Assembly (NCBI GenBank): GCA_037444665.1
Contig: JBBILZ010000002.1
Location: 1-64,000, forward strand
DNA length: 64,000 nt
Direction: 5' to 3'
DNA from: a candidate division WOR-3 bacterium
GTDB taxonomy: Bacteria; Hydrothermota; Tepidihabitantia; SM23-42; JAOAFX01
Shown: positions 1 through 11,517 of the stretch, piece after piece
Position numbering within the stretch: the first letter of the stretch is position 1
Layout: each line of letters begins with the position of its first letter
Made by a program: the position numbers and the translations under genes
Notes under the pieces: model-generated
Seen by the model: the letters and a program-made list of their open reading frames with translations, nothing else
The model's database searches: none
What the model was told of the DNA's origin: nothing

Positions 1-670
1 TGGGGATATATTCCTGTTCCGGATGTTTCCTACCGCCAAATGGTGGGCAGTGTGCAATTGTGCCTTCAAGAATTTTTAGCAGTGCCTGTTGGACACCTTC
101 ACCAGAAACATCACGGGTGATTGATGGCGAATCACTTTTACGGGCAATCTTATCCACCTCATCAAGATAGATAATACCGACCTCTGCCTTTTTTATATCA
201 TAATTTGCTGCCTGAATAAGGCGAAGGAGAATATTCTCCACATCCTCACCCACATAACCTGCTTCAGTAAGGGGAGTTGCATCTGAAATTGAAAATGGCA
301 CATGCAATAAGCGGGATAGTGTTTCAGCAAGCAGTGTCTTTCCCGTGCCCGTAGGACCGATGAGCAGGATATTGCTCTTTTGTAATTCTATATCATCATC
401 AGGAACCATTGTTCTCTTGTAATGATTATAAACCGCAACCGATATCACTTTCTTTGCCCTTTCCTGCCCGATTACATACTGGTCAAGAAAAGATTTTATT
501 TCCTCAGGTTTGGGAAGAACAAAATTTGGCTGGGTCGTTGCCTTTTTATCATCTTCAAGGACTTCATTACACAACTTCACACACTCATCACAGATATATG
601 CATGGTTTCCCCGAAACAATCTATTGACCGCTGTCTTGGGACGCTGACAGAATGAACAGATAATCTTCAT
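1..670 (-). CDS. clpX: ATP-dependent Clp protease ATP-binding subunit ClpX (3' end outside window)
   Basis: Manual translation from ATG at 670: MKIICSFC...YICDEC zinc finger, GPTGTGKT Walker [20 protein letters not shown] Walker [15 protein letters not shown]; directly downstream of clpP. Confidence 0.97.
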   Translation of the reverse strand, partial: MKIICSFCQRPKTAVNRLFRGNHAYICDECVKLCNEVLEDDKKATTQPNFVLPKPEEIKSFLDQYVIGQERAKKVISVAVYNHYKRTMVPDDDIELQKSNILLIGPTGTGKTLLAETLSRLLHVPFSISDATPLTEAGYVGEDVENILLRLIQAANYDIKKAEVGIIYLDEVDKIARKSDSPSITRDVSGEGVQQALLKILEGTIAHCPPFGGRKHPEQEYIP

Positions 671-673
671 TTT

Positions 674-1261
674 TTATTCTTTCCTTGAAACGATGACCTC
701 ATCAATGAGTCCGTAATCTTTTGCCTCTGCCGCGGACATAAAATAGTTGCGGTCTGTGTCCTTGGCAATCTTCTCCTCGGTCTTTCCCGTATGCTTGGCA
801 AACAGTTTATTTAAAATTTCACGGATCTTTAAAACCTCACGGGCATGGATTTCAATATCTGAAGCCTGTCCCTGGAAAGCACCCTCTGGTTGATGAATCA
901 TTATTCGGGAATGGGGCAGGGCATATCTTTTACCTTTGGCACCTGCCGCAAGCAGGAGTGCTGCCATACTCGCTGCCATTCCGATACAGATCGTTGATAC
1001 TACAGGTTTTATGTACTGCATTGTATCATAAATTGCCAGCCCTGATGATACAATCCCGCCTGGTGAATTGATATAAAGAAAGATCTCTTTTGCTGCATCT
1101 TCGGCTTCCAGGAAAAGAAGTTGCGCCATTACTAAATTAGCAACAGTGTCATCAATCGGTGTGCCAATAAAGATTATACGCTCCTTTAACAAACGCGAAT
1201 AAATGTCATAAGCCCTTTCCCCACGACCTGTCTGTTCAATGACGAACGGAACGGTTAGCAT
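674..1261 (-). CDS. clpP: Clp protease proteolytic subunit ClpP
   Basis: [26 protein letters not shown] (catalytic Ser), MIHQP; tig-clpP-clpX order. Confidence 0.98.
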   Translation of the reverse strand: MLTVPFVIEQTGRGERAYDIYSRLLKERIIFIGTPIDDTVANLVMAQLLFLEAEDAAKEIFLYINSPGGIVSSGLAIYDTMQYIKPVVSTICIGMAASMAALLLAAGAKGKRYALPHSRIMIHQPEGAFQGQASDIEIHAREVLKIREILNKLFAKHTGKTEEKIAKDTDRNYFMSAAEAKDYGLIDEVIVSRKE

Positions 1262-2447
1262 TTTTCACCTCCTCAGGTGATAAAATTTTGCCTTTCTGCA
1301 CAACATTGGCATTTTTAATTAAAAATTCAACTGCCTTTTGTCTTGATATAATCCTGCGCAAATATTCTTTTATATCTTCATCAATATTTTCTAATTTAAA
1401 TCCGCTCTGCTGTGCCATATTAATAACCTCTTCGTCTGGGACATTTATACTCTCTTTTTGAACAATCTTATCAAGAATAAGATTGAACCGCGTTCTTTTC
1501 TCTGCCAGAGGCAAAAAGCGTTCACGGTTAGATTCGTTATCGGTCAGGTTGTGGTTTTTGAGCGTTAATTGATATTCCCGCTCTACAAGTGATTTGGGCA
1601 CTGAAAATTGATACCGTTCAAGGATAACCCGGGCAAGGTTCTCCTGCAACTCATCATTCAAACGCTCTTCCTCCTGTTTATTCAACATCTCCTTAATTCC
1701 TTTATCCATCTCGGTCAGATCGTTGAAATTCAACATTTTTGCGAATTCTTCATTAACCTGCGGTAATACACGCTCTTCAATCTTTTTAATTTCTAATCGG
1801 TATAATTGTTTATCAATCTGCACTTCTTTTTTCTCGCCTTTTTTTACTCCAACCAGGGCACGATTCAAATCATCCGGGAAACTGCGGTCACCAACTTTTA
1901 TCACAATATCTGATTGGTTATCAATAACCTTTTCTCCTTCACTGATTGTCAAATCCATTGTGACAAAATCGTCCACTGCTGCACTGCGGTCAACCTCCAT
2001 TATCGTTGCGTTATCTTCTCTCAGACGATTGATGGCCTGTTCATATAAATATTCAATAGGCAATGGTGCTTCTTTGAACAATTCAAGACCGCGATAATTC
2101 TCAATTTCAAATACCGGTAAAATCTCAAGGCGTAAACGGAATTTGATCTCTGCACTATCGTCATAGCTGGTTAATTCTGGAGTTCCTGCTGGTTGCCAGT
2201 TTTTTTCCTGTAATAATTTTTTATACATATCCATTATCAGGTCATTAATTGCTTCTGCCTTTAATGTATCGTAAAAGCGTGTCCGGATCAAATTTCTGGG
2301 TGCTTTACCCTTACGATACCCTTTGATTGATACTCTACTCCGTAATTTTTCTAATGACCCTTCAATATAAGGATTCAACTCCTGAGTTCCAAGTTTAAAC
2401 TCTATCTCCTTTTCTGTATCGCTGTCATTGACTATCTGGTATTCCAA
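1236..2447 (-). CDS. tig: Trigger factor
   Basis: GYRKGKAP ribosome-binding motif, FKBP-like middle part; TTG start after GGAGG; upstream of clpP. Confidence 0.93.
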   Translation of the reverse strand: MEYQIVNDSDTEKEIEFKLGTQELNPYIEGSLEKLRSRVSIKGYRKGKAPRNLIRTRFYDTLKAEAINDLIMDMYKKLLQEKNWQPAGTPELTSYDDSAEIKFRLRLEILPVFEIENYRGLELFKEAPLPIEYLYEQAINRLREDNATIMEVDRSAAVDDFVTMDLTISEGEKVIDNQSDIVIKVGDRSFPDDLNRALVGVKKGEKKEVQIDKQLYRLEIKKIEERVLPQVNEEFAKMLNFNDLTEMDKGIKEMLNKQEEERLNDELQENLARVILERYQFSVPKSLVEREYQLTLKNHNLTDNESNRERFLPLAEKRTRFNLILDKIVQKESINVPDEEVINMAQQSGFKLENIDEDIKEYLRRIISRQKAVEFLIKNANVVQKGKILSPEEVKNANRSVRH

Positions 2448-2495
2448 AAAAACCTCCCTTTATTATATAAAAAACCCATTTTACTCAAAAATGGA

Positions 2496-2577
2496 TGCGA
2501 GGAGGGGGAGTTGAACCCCCAACCCTTGCGGGACTGGATCCTAAATCCAGCGCGTATGCCAGTTCCGCCATCCTCGC
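2496..2577 (-). tRNA. tRNA-Leu(TAG)
   Basis: Reverse complement folds with acceptor GCGAGGA/TCCTCGC, anticodon arm CTGGA-TTTAGGA-TCCAG, long variable arm, GGTTCAACTCC T-loop; no CCA right after the discriminator. Confidence 0.95.
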
Positions 2578-2680
2578 AAAAATCATAAAAACTAAATAGT
2601 TCTCTATCAACAGTAAAATTTTTTCTTGTAACCATTACTTAATTATATCCCAAAACCATTCTATGTCAATAGACCGCTAC

Positions 2681-3026
2681 TAACAAAATGGTCTATGGTT
2701 ATTGGGCGTGGATGCTGGTATGGTCATAGGGCATAGTCTTTTGCACTCTTTAGCCTTTTTGAGCCATCTTTCGCCTTCTATAGGCGATACGCGTTTCGCA
2801 ACCGTATAACAAATGACGATTAACAAAATGGTCTATGGTTATTGGGCGTGGATGCTTCCTTGATGTTTGATACTGGATCCCTCAATGATTCTTCGTCCAG
2901 TTGAAACTGGAGGCTACTTACCCCCTACTACCTACTACTTACTCCCTCCTATCTTCATATCCACGCAACCACTCAACTTCAAATCCACATATCCTCCTAT
3001 CCCTTGATTCCCCTTTAGGCATTTTA
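2681..3026 (-). repeat. Mosaic intergenic repeat element (reverse-orientation copy) with a 36-bp direct repeat at 2681-2716 and 2821-2856
   Basis: Shares modules with 14490-15020, 38775-39080 and 25187-25260; 3001-3026 is the exact reverse complement of 25187-25212. Confidence 0.85.
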
Positions 3027-3138
3027 CTTTAAAACAAAGTCTTGCAATAGGCAAAAATTTATATATAATTAAGTTCAGTTGGAAATTAATGAAATTCGTC
3101 CAGCTAAAGATGGATAGCGAGTTAGCCCAAAAATAAAT

Positions 3139-3185
3139 GTAGTTGTCCGATTTAACGGACAATGCCCAATGAATTGGGCAACTAC
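3139..3185. repeat. GTAG-type REP doublet
   Basis: GTAG-ttgtccg-attta-acggacaa followed by tgcccaat-ga-attgggca-aCTAC; same family at 25137, 25283 and 54501. Confidence 0.8.
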
Positions 3186-3285
3186 AATTTAGGAAAAACT
3201 AAACTGTTTCTATTTTTTCAAGATAAGATGGTTGGCACATTAAATTCTGAAAGCCATTTCTATTTATAAGAGAGGAGGTTAAAAA

Positions 3286-5166
3286 ATGGCAGCGAACGAC
3301 TTGAAGTTCTTAGAAGAGAAGCTCGGAAAACAGGGATTTGAAAGTCTGATGAAGATTGATAACCCAGCACTGCATGAATTTATAGCAAAGTATCTCCAAC
3401 TATGCAATCCTGACCGGGTCTTTGTTTGTGCTGATACTCCTGAGGATTTTGAATATGTCAGGAATATCGCAATAAAGAATGGTGAAGAAAGGAAACTGGC
3501 AATAAACGGCCATACAATCCATTTTGATAATGCTGGTGACCAGGGAAGGGATAAAAAGAATACAGGCATTCTTTTACCACCGGGTAAAAAATTGGATCAA
3601 GCAATTGAAACCAAGGACCGTGAGCCGGCGCTCGTTGACATCCACAATATATTAAAAGATATAATGAAGGGCAAAGAAGCATTTATCTGTTTCTTTTGTC
3701 TTGGTCCTACTAATTCAGAATTTTCTATTCCTGCAGTTCAATTGACCGATTCAAGTTATGTTGCACATAGCGAGACCATCCTTTATAGACCGGGCTATCA
3801 GGAATTTATTAAGCAGGGGAAAAATGCAAGGTTCTTTAAATTTGTCCATTCACAGGGAGAACTTGATGAGCGCAAGACCTGCAAGAACCTTGATAAACGA
3901 AGAATATTTATTGACCTTGAAGAAGATATAGTATACAGCACCAATACTCAATATGGTGGCAATACAATCGGCTTGAAAAAACTGGCAATGCGTCTGGCAA
4001 TACATCGTGGGTCAAAAGAAGGCTGGTTAACCGAGCATATGCTCGTAATGGGTATCAATGGTCCAAAAAAGAGAAAGACCTATTTTCTTGGCGCATTTCC
4101 ATCACTCTGCGGAAAGACATCTACGGCAATGCTTGAAGGTGAAAATATTGTTGGCGATGATATTGCCTATTTAAGAAAAAAGAATGGCGTGGTCAGGGCA
4201 GTGAATGTGGAAAAGGGTATGTTCGGTATTATTCAGGGTGTCAATTCTAAGGATGATGTGTATCAATGGCAGGCACTGCACAAACCCGGTGAAATAATAT
4301 TTTCTAATGTCCTTGTAACACCAGAAGGAAGTGTACACTGGATTGGTAAGGATGGTGAAATCCCACCCAAAGGTGAAAACCATTCAGGCGAGTGGTTTAG
4401 GGGCAAAAAAGATGCGAATGGTAAAGAGATCCCTGTTTCCCATCCCAATGCAAGATTCACGATTGCCCTGAAGATGTTTGATAATCTTGATTCGGCAATT
4501 GATAACCCTGAGGGTGTTGAAGTTGGTGGCATTGTTTATGGAGGCAGGGATTCTGATACCTGGGTGCCAGTAGAGGAGGCATTTGACTGGCAGCACGGGA
4601 TAATTACAAAGGGTGCCTGTCTTGAATCTGAAACAACTGCTGCGACCTTAGGAAAAGAAGGCGTACGGGAATTTAATCTTATGTCCAATCTTGATTTTCT
4701 ATCAATTCCAATCAGCAAATACATTGAGGCAAACCTGAATTTCGCAAAAGGTCTAAAAAAGACACCTAAGATCTTTGGTGTTAATTACTTTTTAAAAGAT
4801 AAGGATGGTAAATTCTTGAACGAAAAGACCGATAAAAGGGTCTGGTATAAGTGGATGGAATTGCGGGTTCATGGTGATGTAAATACAATAAAGACTCCTA
4901 CTGGATTAATACCAGAATATGATGATTTGAAGAAACTATTCAAAAAAATCCTGAATAAAGAATATACATACGAGGATTATGTCAAACAATTTACCATAAG
5001 GGTCCCTGAACATCTGGCAAAGATTGACCGGATTGTCAATATTTACAAAACCAAGGTCATTGACCCACCTCAAATTCTTTTTGATGTGCTTGAAGACCAG
5101 AGGCAGAGATTAATTGAATACCAGAAACGACTGGGAGATTATATCAGACCAGAAAAACTGGTATAG
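3286..5166 (+). CDS. pckG: Phosphoenolpyruvate carboxykinase (GTP)
   Basis: YGGN, WLTEHM, AFPSLCGKTS P-loop, VGDDIAY, HPNARF, YGGR motifs. Confidence 0.96.
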   Translation: MAANDLKFLEEKLGKQGFESLMKIDNPALHEFIAKYLQLCNPDRVFVCADTPEDFEYVRNIAIKNGEERKLAINGHTIHFDNAGDQGRDKKNTGILLPPGKKLDQAIETKDREPALVDIHNILKDIMKGKEAFICFFCLGPTNSEFSIPAVQLTDSSYVAHSETILYRPGYQEFIKQGKNARFFKFVHSQGELDERKTCKNLDKRRIFIDLEEDIVYSTNTQYGGNTIGLKKLAMRLAIHRGSKEGWLTEHMLVMGINGPKKRKTYFLGAFPSLCGKTSTAMLEGENIVGDDIAYLRKKNGVVRAVNVEKGMFGIIQGVNSKDDVYQWQALHKPGEIIFSNVLVTPEGSVHWIGKDGEIPPKGENHSGEWFRGKKDANGKEIPVSHPNARFTIALKMFDNLDSAIDNPEGVEVGGIVYGGRDSDTWVPVEEAFDWQHGIITKGACLESETTAATLGKEGVREFNLMSNLDFLSIPISKYIEANLNFAKGLKKTPKIFGVNYFLKDKDGKFLNEKTDKRVWYKWMELRVHGDVNTIKTPTGLIPEYDDLKKLFKKILNKEYTYEDYVKQFTIRVPEHLAKIDRIVNIYKTKVIDPPQILFDVLEDQRQRLIEYQKRLGDYIRPEKLV

Positions 5167-5181
5167 AATCTTTAAAAACAG

Positions 5182-5218
5182 AAGGGGTAGTTGGACAGAT
5201 TCCAACTACCCCTTTTTT
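5182..5218. terminator. Intrinsic terminator between convergent pckG and purH
   Basis: 14-bp perfect stem aaggggtagttgga/tccaactacccctt followed by a T run. Confidence 0.85.
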
Positions 5219-5232
5219 CTTAAATCTTTTAA

Positions 5233-6675
5233 TTAATGCCGGAAATGTCTGTAACCAGTAAAGACCATTGCAATATCATATTCATTACACGCCTGTATCA
5301 CTTCTTCATCCCTTTTTGAACCACCAGGCTGGATAACAGCAGTAATCTTGCCTTTTGCTGCAGCATCAATACCATCACGGAATGGGAAAAAGGCATCTGA
5401 AGCAAGGACTGCGCCATTAGCCTGGTGTCCTGCATTCTTTACTGCAATCTCCACTGCACCAACACGGGATGTCTGTCCACCACCAATACCAACTGTTCTG
5501 CCCTTGATCGCAAGGACAATGGCATTGGACCTGACCCATTTTACCACCTTCCAGGCAAATTTCAATGTTTCATCTTCATAATTGCTCGGTGCCCTTTTGG
5601 TCACAACCTTCCACTCTGAAAAATCTTTGATATCTGAATCCTGGACTAAAATTCCACTGAAGACCGATTTAAATGACAAAGGACTGAGCAATCTTTTATT
5701 AACTTTTACTATGCGTAAATTTTTCTTTGCCTTTAAAATCTCCAGTGCCTTAGGTTCATAATCAGGTGCGATGATAACTTCATAGAACACCTTTGCCATC
5801 TCCTCAGCGGTCTTCACATCTACTGTTTTGTTTAATCCAACAATACCACCAAATGCAGATACTGAATCAGCAAGATATGCCCGTTCATACGCCTCAGCAA
5901 CATTTTCACCCAGACCAACACCACAGGGTGTCTGGTGCTTGATTATCGCGCAGGCAGTCTCTTCAAAATCCATTGCTGCGCCAAAGGCAATCTCTGCATC
6001 CAGAATATTATTGTAAGACAGTTCCTTTCCACCAAGAATATGAAAATGTTGTTTCTGCAATGGATTGAGATAAAATCCTGCTCTTTGATGTGGATTTTCG
6101 CCATAACGCATAGGAATGAAGAGTTCAGCACCTGCAGAGAAGAAATTCCGTTTACTAAAATCATCATTAAAATACTGACTGATTATTGCATCATACCAGG
6201 CAATATAATCAAATGCCTGGCGTGCCAGGTTCAAACGATATGATTCATCAAATTTCTGTTCCTTTATTGCCTGGATTAGACCGTCATATTGGTTCGGGCT
6301 AAAGACCACCCCTACTTTTTTGTAATTCTTGGCACCGGCACGAATCAATGTCACACCACCGATATCAATGAATTCAATCATCTCATCAAGGGTTTTATTC
6401 TGCTGGTTAAAAAATGGATACAGATTACATACTACAATGCTAATCTCTCCTGTTTCCAGAATCTCTCGGGCAATGCGCTGGCTCAATGTTTTTACCCTTT
6501 CGCTTTCAGTTCCGCCGGTATAATCAGAGATTTTTATTGCGGGTATACCATTTTCTAATAATAATTTTTGTGTGCCACCAGTGGCAATAATTTCATAACC
6601 AAATTCTTTTAAATTTTTTGCCAGTTCAACAATATTTTGTTTATCTGCAACTGAAATTAATGCTTTTTTATTCAT
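5233..6675 (-). CDS. purH: Bifunctional AICAR transformylase/IMP cyclohydrolase
   Basis: ALISVADK, RVKTL, IDIGGVTLIRAGAKN, RYGENPHQ, SDAFFPF, GYRHFRH; start moved to the MNKK ATG at 6675. Confidence 0.97.
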   Translation of the reverse strand: MNKKALISVADKQNIVELAKNLKEFGYEIIATGGTQKLLLENGIPAIKISDYTGGTESERVKTLSQRIAREILETGEISIVVCNLYPFFNQQNKTLDEMIEFIDIGGVTLIRAGAKNYKKVGVVFSPNQYDGLIQAIKEQKFDESYRLNLARQAFDYIAWYDAIISQYFNDDFSKRNFFSAGAELFIPMRYGENPHQRAGFYLNPLQKQHFHILGGKELSYNNILDAEIAFGAAMDFEETACAIIKHQTPCGVGLGENVAEAYERAYLADSVSAFGGIVGLNKTVDVKTAEEMAKVFYEVIIAPDYEPKALEILKAKKNLRIVKVNKRLLSPLSFKSVFSGILVQDSDIKDFSEWKVVTKRAPSNYEDETLKFAWKVVKWVRSNAIVLAIKGRTVGIGGGQTSRVGAVEIAVKNAGHQANGAVLASDAFFPFRDGIDAAAKGKITAVIQPGGSKRDEEVIQACNEYDIAMVFTGYRHFRH

Positions 6676-6676
6676 G

Positions 6677-7873
6677 TCATGCTCCAAATTTTTTTAATTT
6701 CAACGTATGGGCAAGGAGTAAAGGCATTACATCCATAGATTTCATTACGCCTAAGTTACCCCGTGCACAATTTTTTTCTGTGAATCTCATATCATCGGCA
6801 AAGATATAAGGAGAGTAAAGAAGAAATGGATTCGGGTGCCAGGAGTGTGAATGCAGAATAGTAGGTGTTGAATGGTCTGCAGTGATACAGAGCACATCAG
6901 GCGTGAGATTTAAGATTTCTGGTATTGTGCGGTCAAATTCTTCAATTGCCTTGATTTTGGCAACCTGATTACCATCTTCACCTGCTTTGTCTGTTGGTTT
7001 ATAATGGAGATAAAAAAAGTTATATTTTGTATAGTTCGTTTTCAGAGTTTCAATCTCTTCTTCCACAGTATCGCCAGTGGATAGAATTGTCATACCCACA
7101 ATCTTTGCCAGACCACGATACATCGGGTAATTGGCAATTGCTGCACTATTTATGCCATATTTTTCATTCATCCCAATAAGACTGGGAAATCGCGAAAATC
7201 CTCTTAATAAAACATAATTTGCCTTATCTTCATCAAGCAGAACCTGCTGACTCTGTTTGATAAATTTGTTGACAATCTCAGCACTTAATTTTGCCTCAGG
7301 AATTTTTGGTTCAGCATATACTGCAGGAAGATTATCTTTTTGTGGGTCTGCATCAGTCAATCCATCAGATAAATTACCCCCTCTGAATATTACTACAAAC
7401 CTGTGTTCTTTTGCGGGCTTTATGAGCACCTCAATACCGTCAATCTCTTTTATTTTATCCTGTAGTTTATTACAGACCCTTTCACACTCTTCTGTTGATA
7501 TTCTACCAGCACGCCGGTCAATAATAATGCCTGACTTATTAATGGTTGCAAAATTTGCCCGTACTGCAAGGTCGGCTTTATCTATTTCCAGGCCAATGCC
7601 CAGTGCTTCAAGCACACCCCTGCCAATCTGGTATTTTATCGGCTCATATCCGAATAGTGCAAGGTGTGCAGGACCACTACCTGGGGTAATGCCCGGAGAA
7701 ATGGGGATTGTCAATCCAAGACTTGATTTTAAACTCAATTTATCAAGATGGGGTGTCTTTGCAATCTCAAGGGCAGTCTTATCAGGGTCAGGCAGGTCTC
7801 CAAGTCCATCAAGGACGATCAAAATAATCCGCTTTTCATTTTTGTTGACAAGTTCCTTTAAAATTTCTTCCAT
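6677..7873 (-). CDS. apgM: 2,3-bisphosphoglycerate-independent phosphoglycerate mutase (ApgM type)
   Basis: [40 protein letters not shown]; start ATG 7873. Confidence 0.92.
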   Translation of the reverse strand: MEEILKELVNKNEKRIILIVLDGLGDLPDPDKTALEIAKTPHLDKLSLKSSLGLTIPISPGITPGSGPAHLALFGYEPIKYQIGRGVLEALGIGLEIDKADLAVRANFATINKSGIIIDRRAGRISTEECERVCNKLQDKIKEIDGIEVLIKPAKEHRFVVIFRGGNLSDGLTDADPQKDNLPAVYAEPKIPEAKLSAEIVNKFIKQSQQVLLDEDKANYVLLRGFSRFPSLIGMNEKYGINSAAIANYPMYRGLAKIVGMTILSTGDTVEEEIETLKTNYTKYNFFYLHYKPTDKAGEDGNQVAKIKAIEEFDRTIPEILNLTPDVLCITADHSTPTILHSHSWHPNPFLLYSPYIFADDMRFTEKNCARGNLGVMKSMDVMPLLLAHTLKLKKFGA

Positions 7874-7878
7874 ATCCA

Positions 7879-7906
7879 AATATAGCCAGAAAATCACCCG
7901 AGTCAA
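7879..7906 (-). promoter_or_regulatory. sigma70-type promoter, probably leaderless, for apgM
   Basis: TTGACT-16 bp-TATATT, 5 nt before ATG, no Shine-Dalgarno. Confidence 0.6.
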
Positions 7907-7984
7907 GGGTCATAAATCTAAGGGAAAGGCCGCTTATTTATCCTTGACTTTATTATAAATTTGTATACAATTTATTAAGATAAT

Positions 7985-10842
7985 ATGAACCTGAGCAAAT
8001 CGCAGGCAAAAGAAAATTTATTAAAGTTGATAGAAAAATTTGAGAAAGAAAAAAACGCAAATAGAATCAATAGTTACAACGAAGAGGCAACAAAAATAGC
8101 ATTCATCCAACCATTCTTAAAAATGTATTGGATTGGGATGTGCATAATCACGATGAGGTGACACCTGAAGAGAAAACTTCTCGTGGCAGAGTTGACTATG
8201 GACTAAAAATTGAAGGGCAGATTAAGATTTTTGTTGAGGCGAAACCACCAAAAGCCGATTTGAACAAACACATTGAACAGGCAGTTCGCTACGGCTATAA
8301 CCGAAAAGGTGTACCTTTTGTCTTGTTAACTGATTTTGAAGGGTTAAAACTCTTCGATGTTACTGTAAAACCCGATAGCCGAAACCCAGAAAAAGGGTTG
8401 AAACTTGATTTGAGTTGGCAGGATTATCTTGAAAAATTTGATAGTCTCTGGCTATTGTCCCGTGAATCAGTGTCTCAGGGTGAACTGGATAAACTTTTAC
8501 TTATAAAACCGAAAGAACGGATTCCGGTTGACAGGGCAATACTTGATGATTTGCAGGGGTGGCGCGAATCGCTGGCAAAGGATATTTTTAAAAACAACCG
8601 TAATCTCTTTAATTCCGGTGGCAATGAAAAAGATGCTAATTACTTAAAAGAAATAACCCAGCGTATCTTAGATCGCATTATCTTTATGCGGTTCTGTGAA
8701 GACAGACATTTTATTCATCGTCGTCCTTTAAAAGAATTGTTTGAAGAGAGAACCGATACCGTAGGCACAAATACAATGGTTTTTCTCAGAGAAGAATTCA
8801 AACATTATAATATCATTTTTGATAGCGACCTTTTTAGACCTCAGGAATGGGAGAATAATCTATTGGTTGACTTTAAGATTATGCGCGATATTATCTTAGA
8901 AACCTATAATCCATATCAATTTGATGTAATTCCATTAGAAGTTCTCGGTAATATATATGAACAATATCTTGGTTATACAGTCAGATTAACCGAGCATCAG
9001 GTTAAATATGAATTGAAACAAGATGTGCGGAAGGCCGGTGGCGTATATTATACTCCCGAATATATTGTAGATTATATCGTAAAAAATACCGTAGGCAAAC
9101 TGTTGCAAGAATTGCCGGCAACCAAAATCAAAAAACTGCGTATATTAGACCCTGCCTGTGGTTCAGGCAGTTTTCTTATCCGTGCTTATGAAGAAATGCT
9201 AAATTGGTATAAACAGCAAAAAAAATGTAGTGGTGCGACTAACCGCACAAAACAAGCGTATCACCAACAAGTGTTTCATCATGACGAATCAGAACCTATT
9301 CTCACCATTGAAGAAAAAGCTCATATTCTCCGTGAGCATATCTTCGGTGTGGACATTGATGAGCAGGCGGTTGAAGTAACCAAACTCTCTTTGATGCTCA
9401 AGATGCTTGAAGGCGAATTCGGCATCCTTCCCGGTCGCAACCTGCTGCCTATGCTTGATAAAAATATCAAATGCGGTAATTCGCTAATCTCTGGTGATTC
9501 CTTTGAACTGATGAAATACTTTGGTAAAGACTACTACAAAGTCAAGCCCTTCAACTGGAAAGAAGAATTCAAACAAATTATGGTTGATGAAGGTGGTTTT
9601 GATGTCGTCATCGGCAATCCGCCGTGGGTTGATATAAAAGGATTAGACCCAAATTTGGTTAATTATTGCTTTTCTAACTATTTGACCACAAGTAATAGAA
9701 TGAACATATTTGCTGTTTTCGTTGAGCGAAGTTTACAAATTTTAAAACAAAATGGATATTTCGGATACATTATACCCAATTCAATATTAATCCAGAGTTC
9801 CTATGAAAAGTTAAGATTAAAAATATTGCAAGAATTCACAATTGCCAATGTTGTTAGAATGCCAGATAATGTTTTTAAAAATGTAAAAGCAGAAACTGTA
9901 ATTTTGGTTTTACGAAAAGGTAAGGAATCAAAAAAGTTTAAAAATGAAATAATAATATTTGACCGAAAAACAAATTTGACTTCTTTTGATTATCAAAAAG
10001 CACTGGAAGTTAAATCATTAGAACAAAATTTATGGAAAAGCGAAAAATACTACGCCTTTAATATTTTTACGACACCCCAAGAAATTATTATTATACAGAA
10101 AATAGAATCAAGAGGTATTCCTCTTCATGCTCTTTGTGATTTCTCGCTAGGAATAACGCCTTATGATAAATATAAGGGACATACAAAAAAGCAGACTTCT
10201 GAAAAAATTTTTCATACCAATAAGAAAGAAGATAAATCATGTAAACCATTATTAGCTGGCGGTGATATAAGCAGATATTATCTAAAATGGAATGGGAAAA
10301 AATGGCTAAAATACGGCCCTTGGCTAGGAGCACCAAGAGAAGAAAGATTTTTTACTCAAACAAGAATTCTGGTTAGACAAATAGTTAGTGGAGATCCACC
10401 GAGAATTTTTGCTGTCGTGACTTCCGAAGAATATTGTAATACGCAAACAATATTTAACATTATTCCCAAATATCAAACTAAAGAAAATATAAAATATATC
10501 TTAGCTATTCTCAACTCAAAAATTATGAATTTTTATCACACTCAAAGATATCTTGATAGATCTAAGATTTTATTTCAGAAAATCCTTATTCAAAATGCCA
10601 AACAATTTCCTATACATAAAATTGATTTTTCTAATTCTACTGAAACGAAACTCCACGATGACCTTGTGGCACTGGTGGATGTAATGCTTGAGCTGAACAA
10701 AAAACTCCACACTGCCAAAGGTAGTGAAAAAGAGCAAATTCAAAAACAAATAGAAAAAACTGACAAAGAAATTGACGAAATTGTTTATAAACTTTATGGA
10801 ATCACAGAAGAAGAAAATAAAATAATTGAGAGAGGTAGATGA
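7985..10842 (+). pseudogene. Type IIG restriction-modification enzyme (Eco57I/TaqI-like N6-adenine MTase fused to endonuclease), frameshifted near codon 46
   Basis: ATG 7985 reads ...YNEEATKIAFIQPFLK and then leaves the frame at the A5 run 8119-8123. The 8128-10842 frame has RVDY..VEAK (PD-(D/E)xK), YYTP, DPACGSGSF, GNPPW and a TaqI_C-like tail. Could also be a sequence error. Confidence 0.8.
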
Positions 10843-11331
10843 ATGACTGTTGCAGAAATAGTCGGGATTTATGGTGCGATAATCGCTACTATTCTAGCGA
10901 TTAAAGAAATATATTTAATACTAACAAATCTCCGGGTATCATATAGTTTCTCTTACAAATATGCAAGTGATGGTTTCGGCAATCAAATAGGCCTCGGAGA
11001 ATTCGTCTTAGTGTTAGAAATTGTAAACCGAGGAAAGACAAAACGAATAATCAGTAGCCTTAAACTAAAATTACCGAAGAAAACCTATGATTTTGATCTT
11101 ATTTCGATTGTCTCTCCTGACGAATATCCCATTACTTTAAATGAGGGCGAGATTTTTAGAAAAGAAGTAAATTTGAGCCAATTGCTGAATGTTATAAAAG
11201 ATTGTAGGGTAAATGATAGTGATAACATAAAGTTTTATTTTCAAGACACTTTAGGTAAAAAATACTTTACAAAGGGGATTAAAATTAAAACTATAAAGGA
11301 ATTTACGGTTACTAAGATTAACGGGAATTAA
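10843..11331 (+). CDS. Hypothetical protein with N-terminal TM helix and beta-rich domain
   Basis: ATG abuts the RM stop codon; hydrophobic residues 5-28. Confidence 0.7.
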   Translation: MTVAEIVGIYGAIIATILAIKEIYLILTNLRVSYSFSYKYASDGFGNQIGLGEFVLVLEIVNRGKTKRIISSLKLKLPKKTYDFDLISIVSPDEYPITLNEGEIFRKEVNLSQLLNVIKDCRVNDSDNIKFYFQDTLGKKYFTKGIKIKTIKEFTVTKINGN

Positions 11332-11517
11332 CTTGAAATGAAAATTATTTGATAAATTTCGCACCTGCAACCAGTTATACAAAAATAAAGGCATTGCAGG
11401 CAATTTTAATTTTGGATCAAATTTATTTTTATATCTAAACATATGGTTAATTCAGGATTTGATAAATTGTCGCAGCAATGTATTAGAAAAGTTTTTAACT
11501 TAAATTGGGAGGTCATT

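Noticed and set aside
2432..2635. Short ORFs overlapping tRNAs (2432-2635, 54597-54821)
   Set aside because: Explained by the tRNA genes.
2681..2856. CRISPR array suggested by a 36-bp repeat
   Set aside because: Only two copies, a 104-bp spacer that is itself repetitive, and no cas genes in the window.
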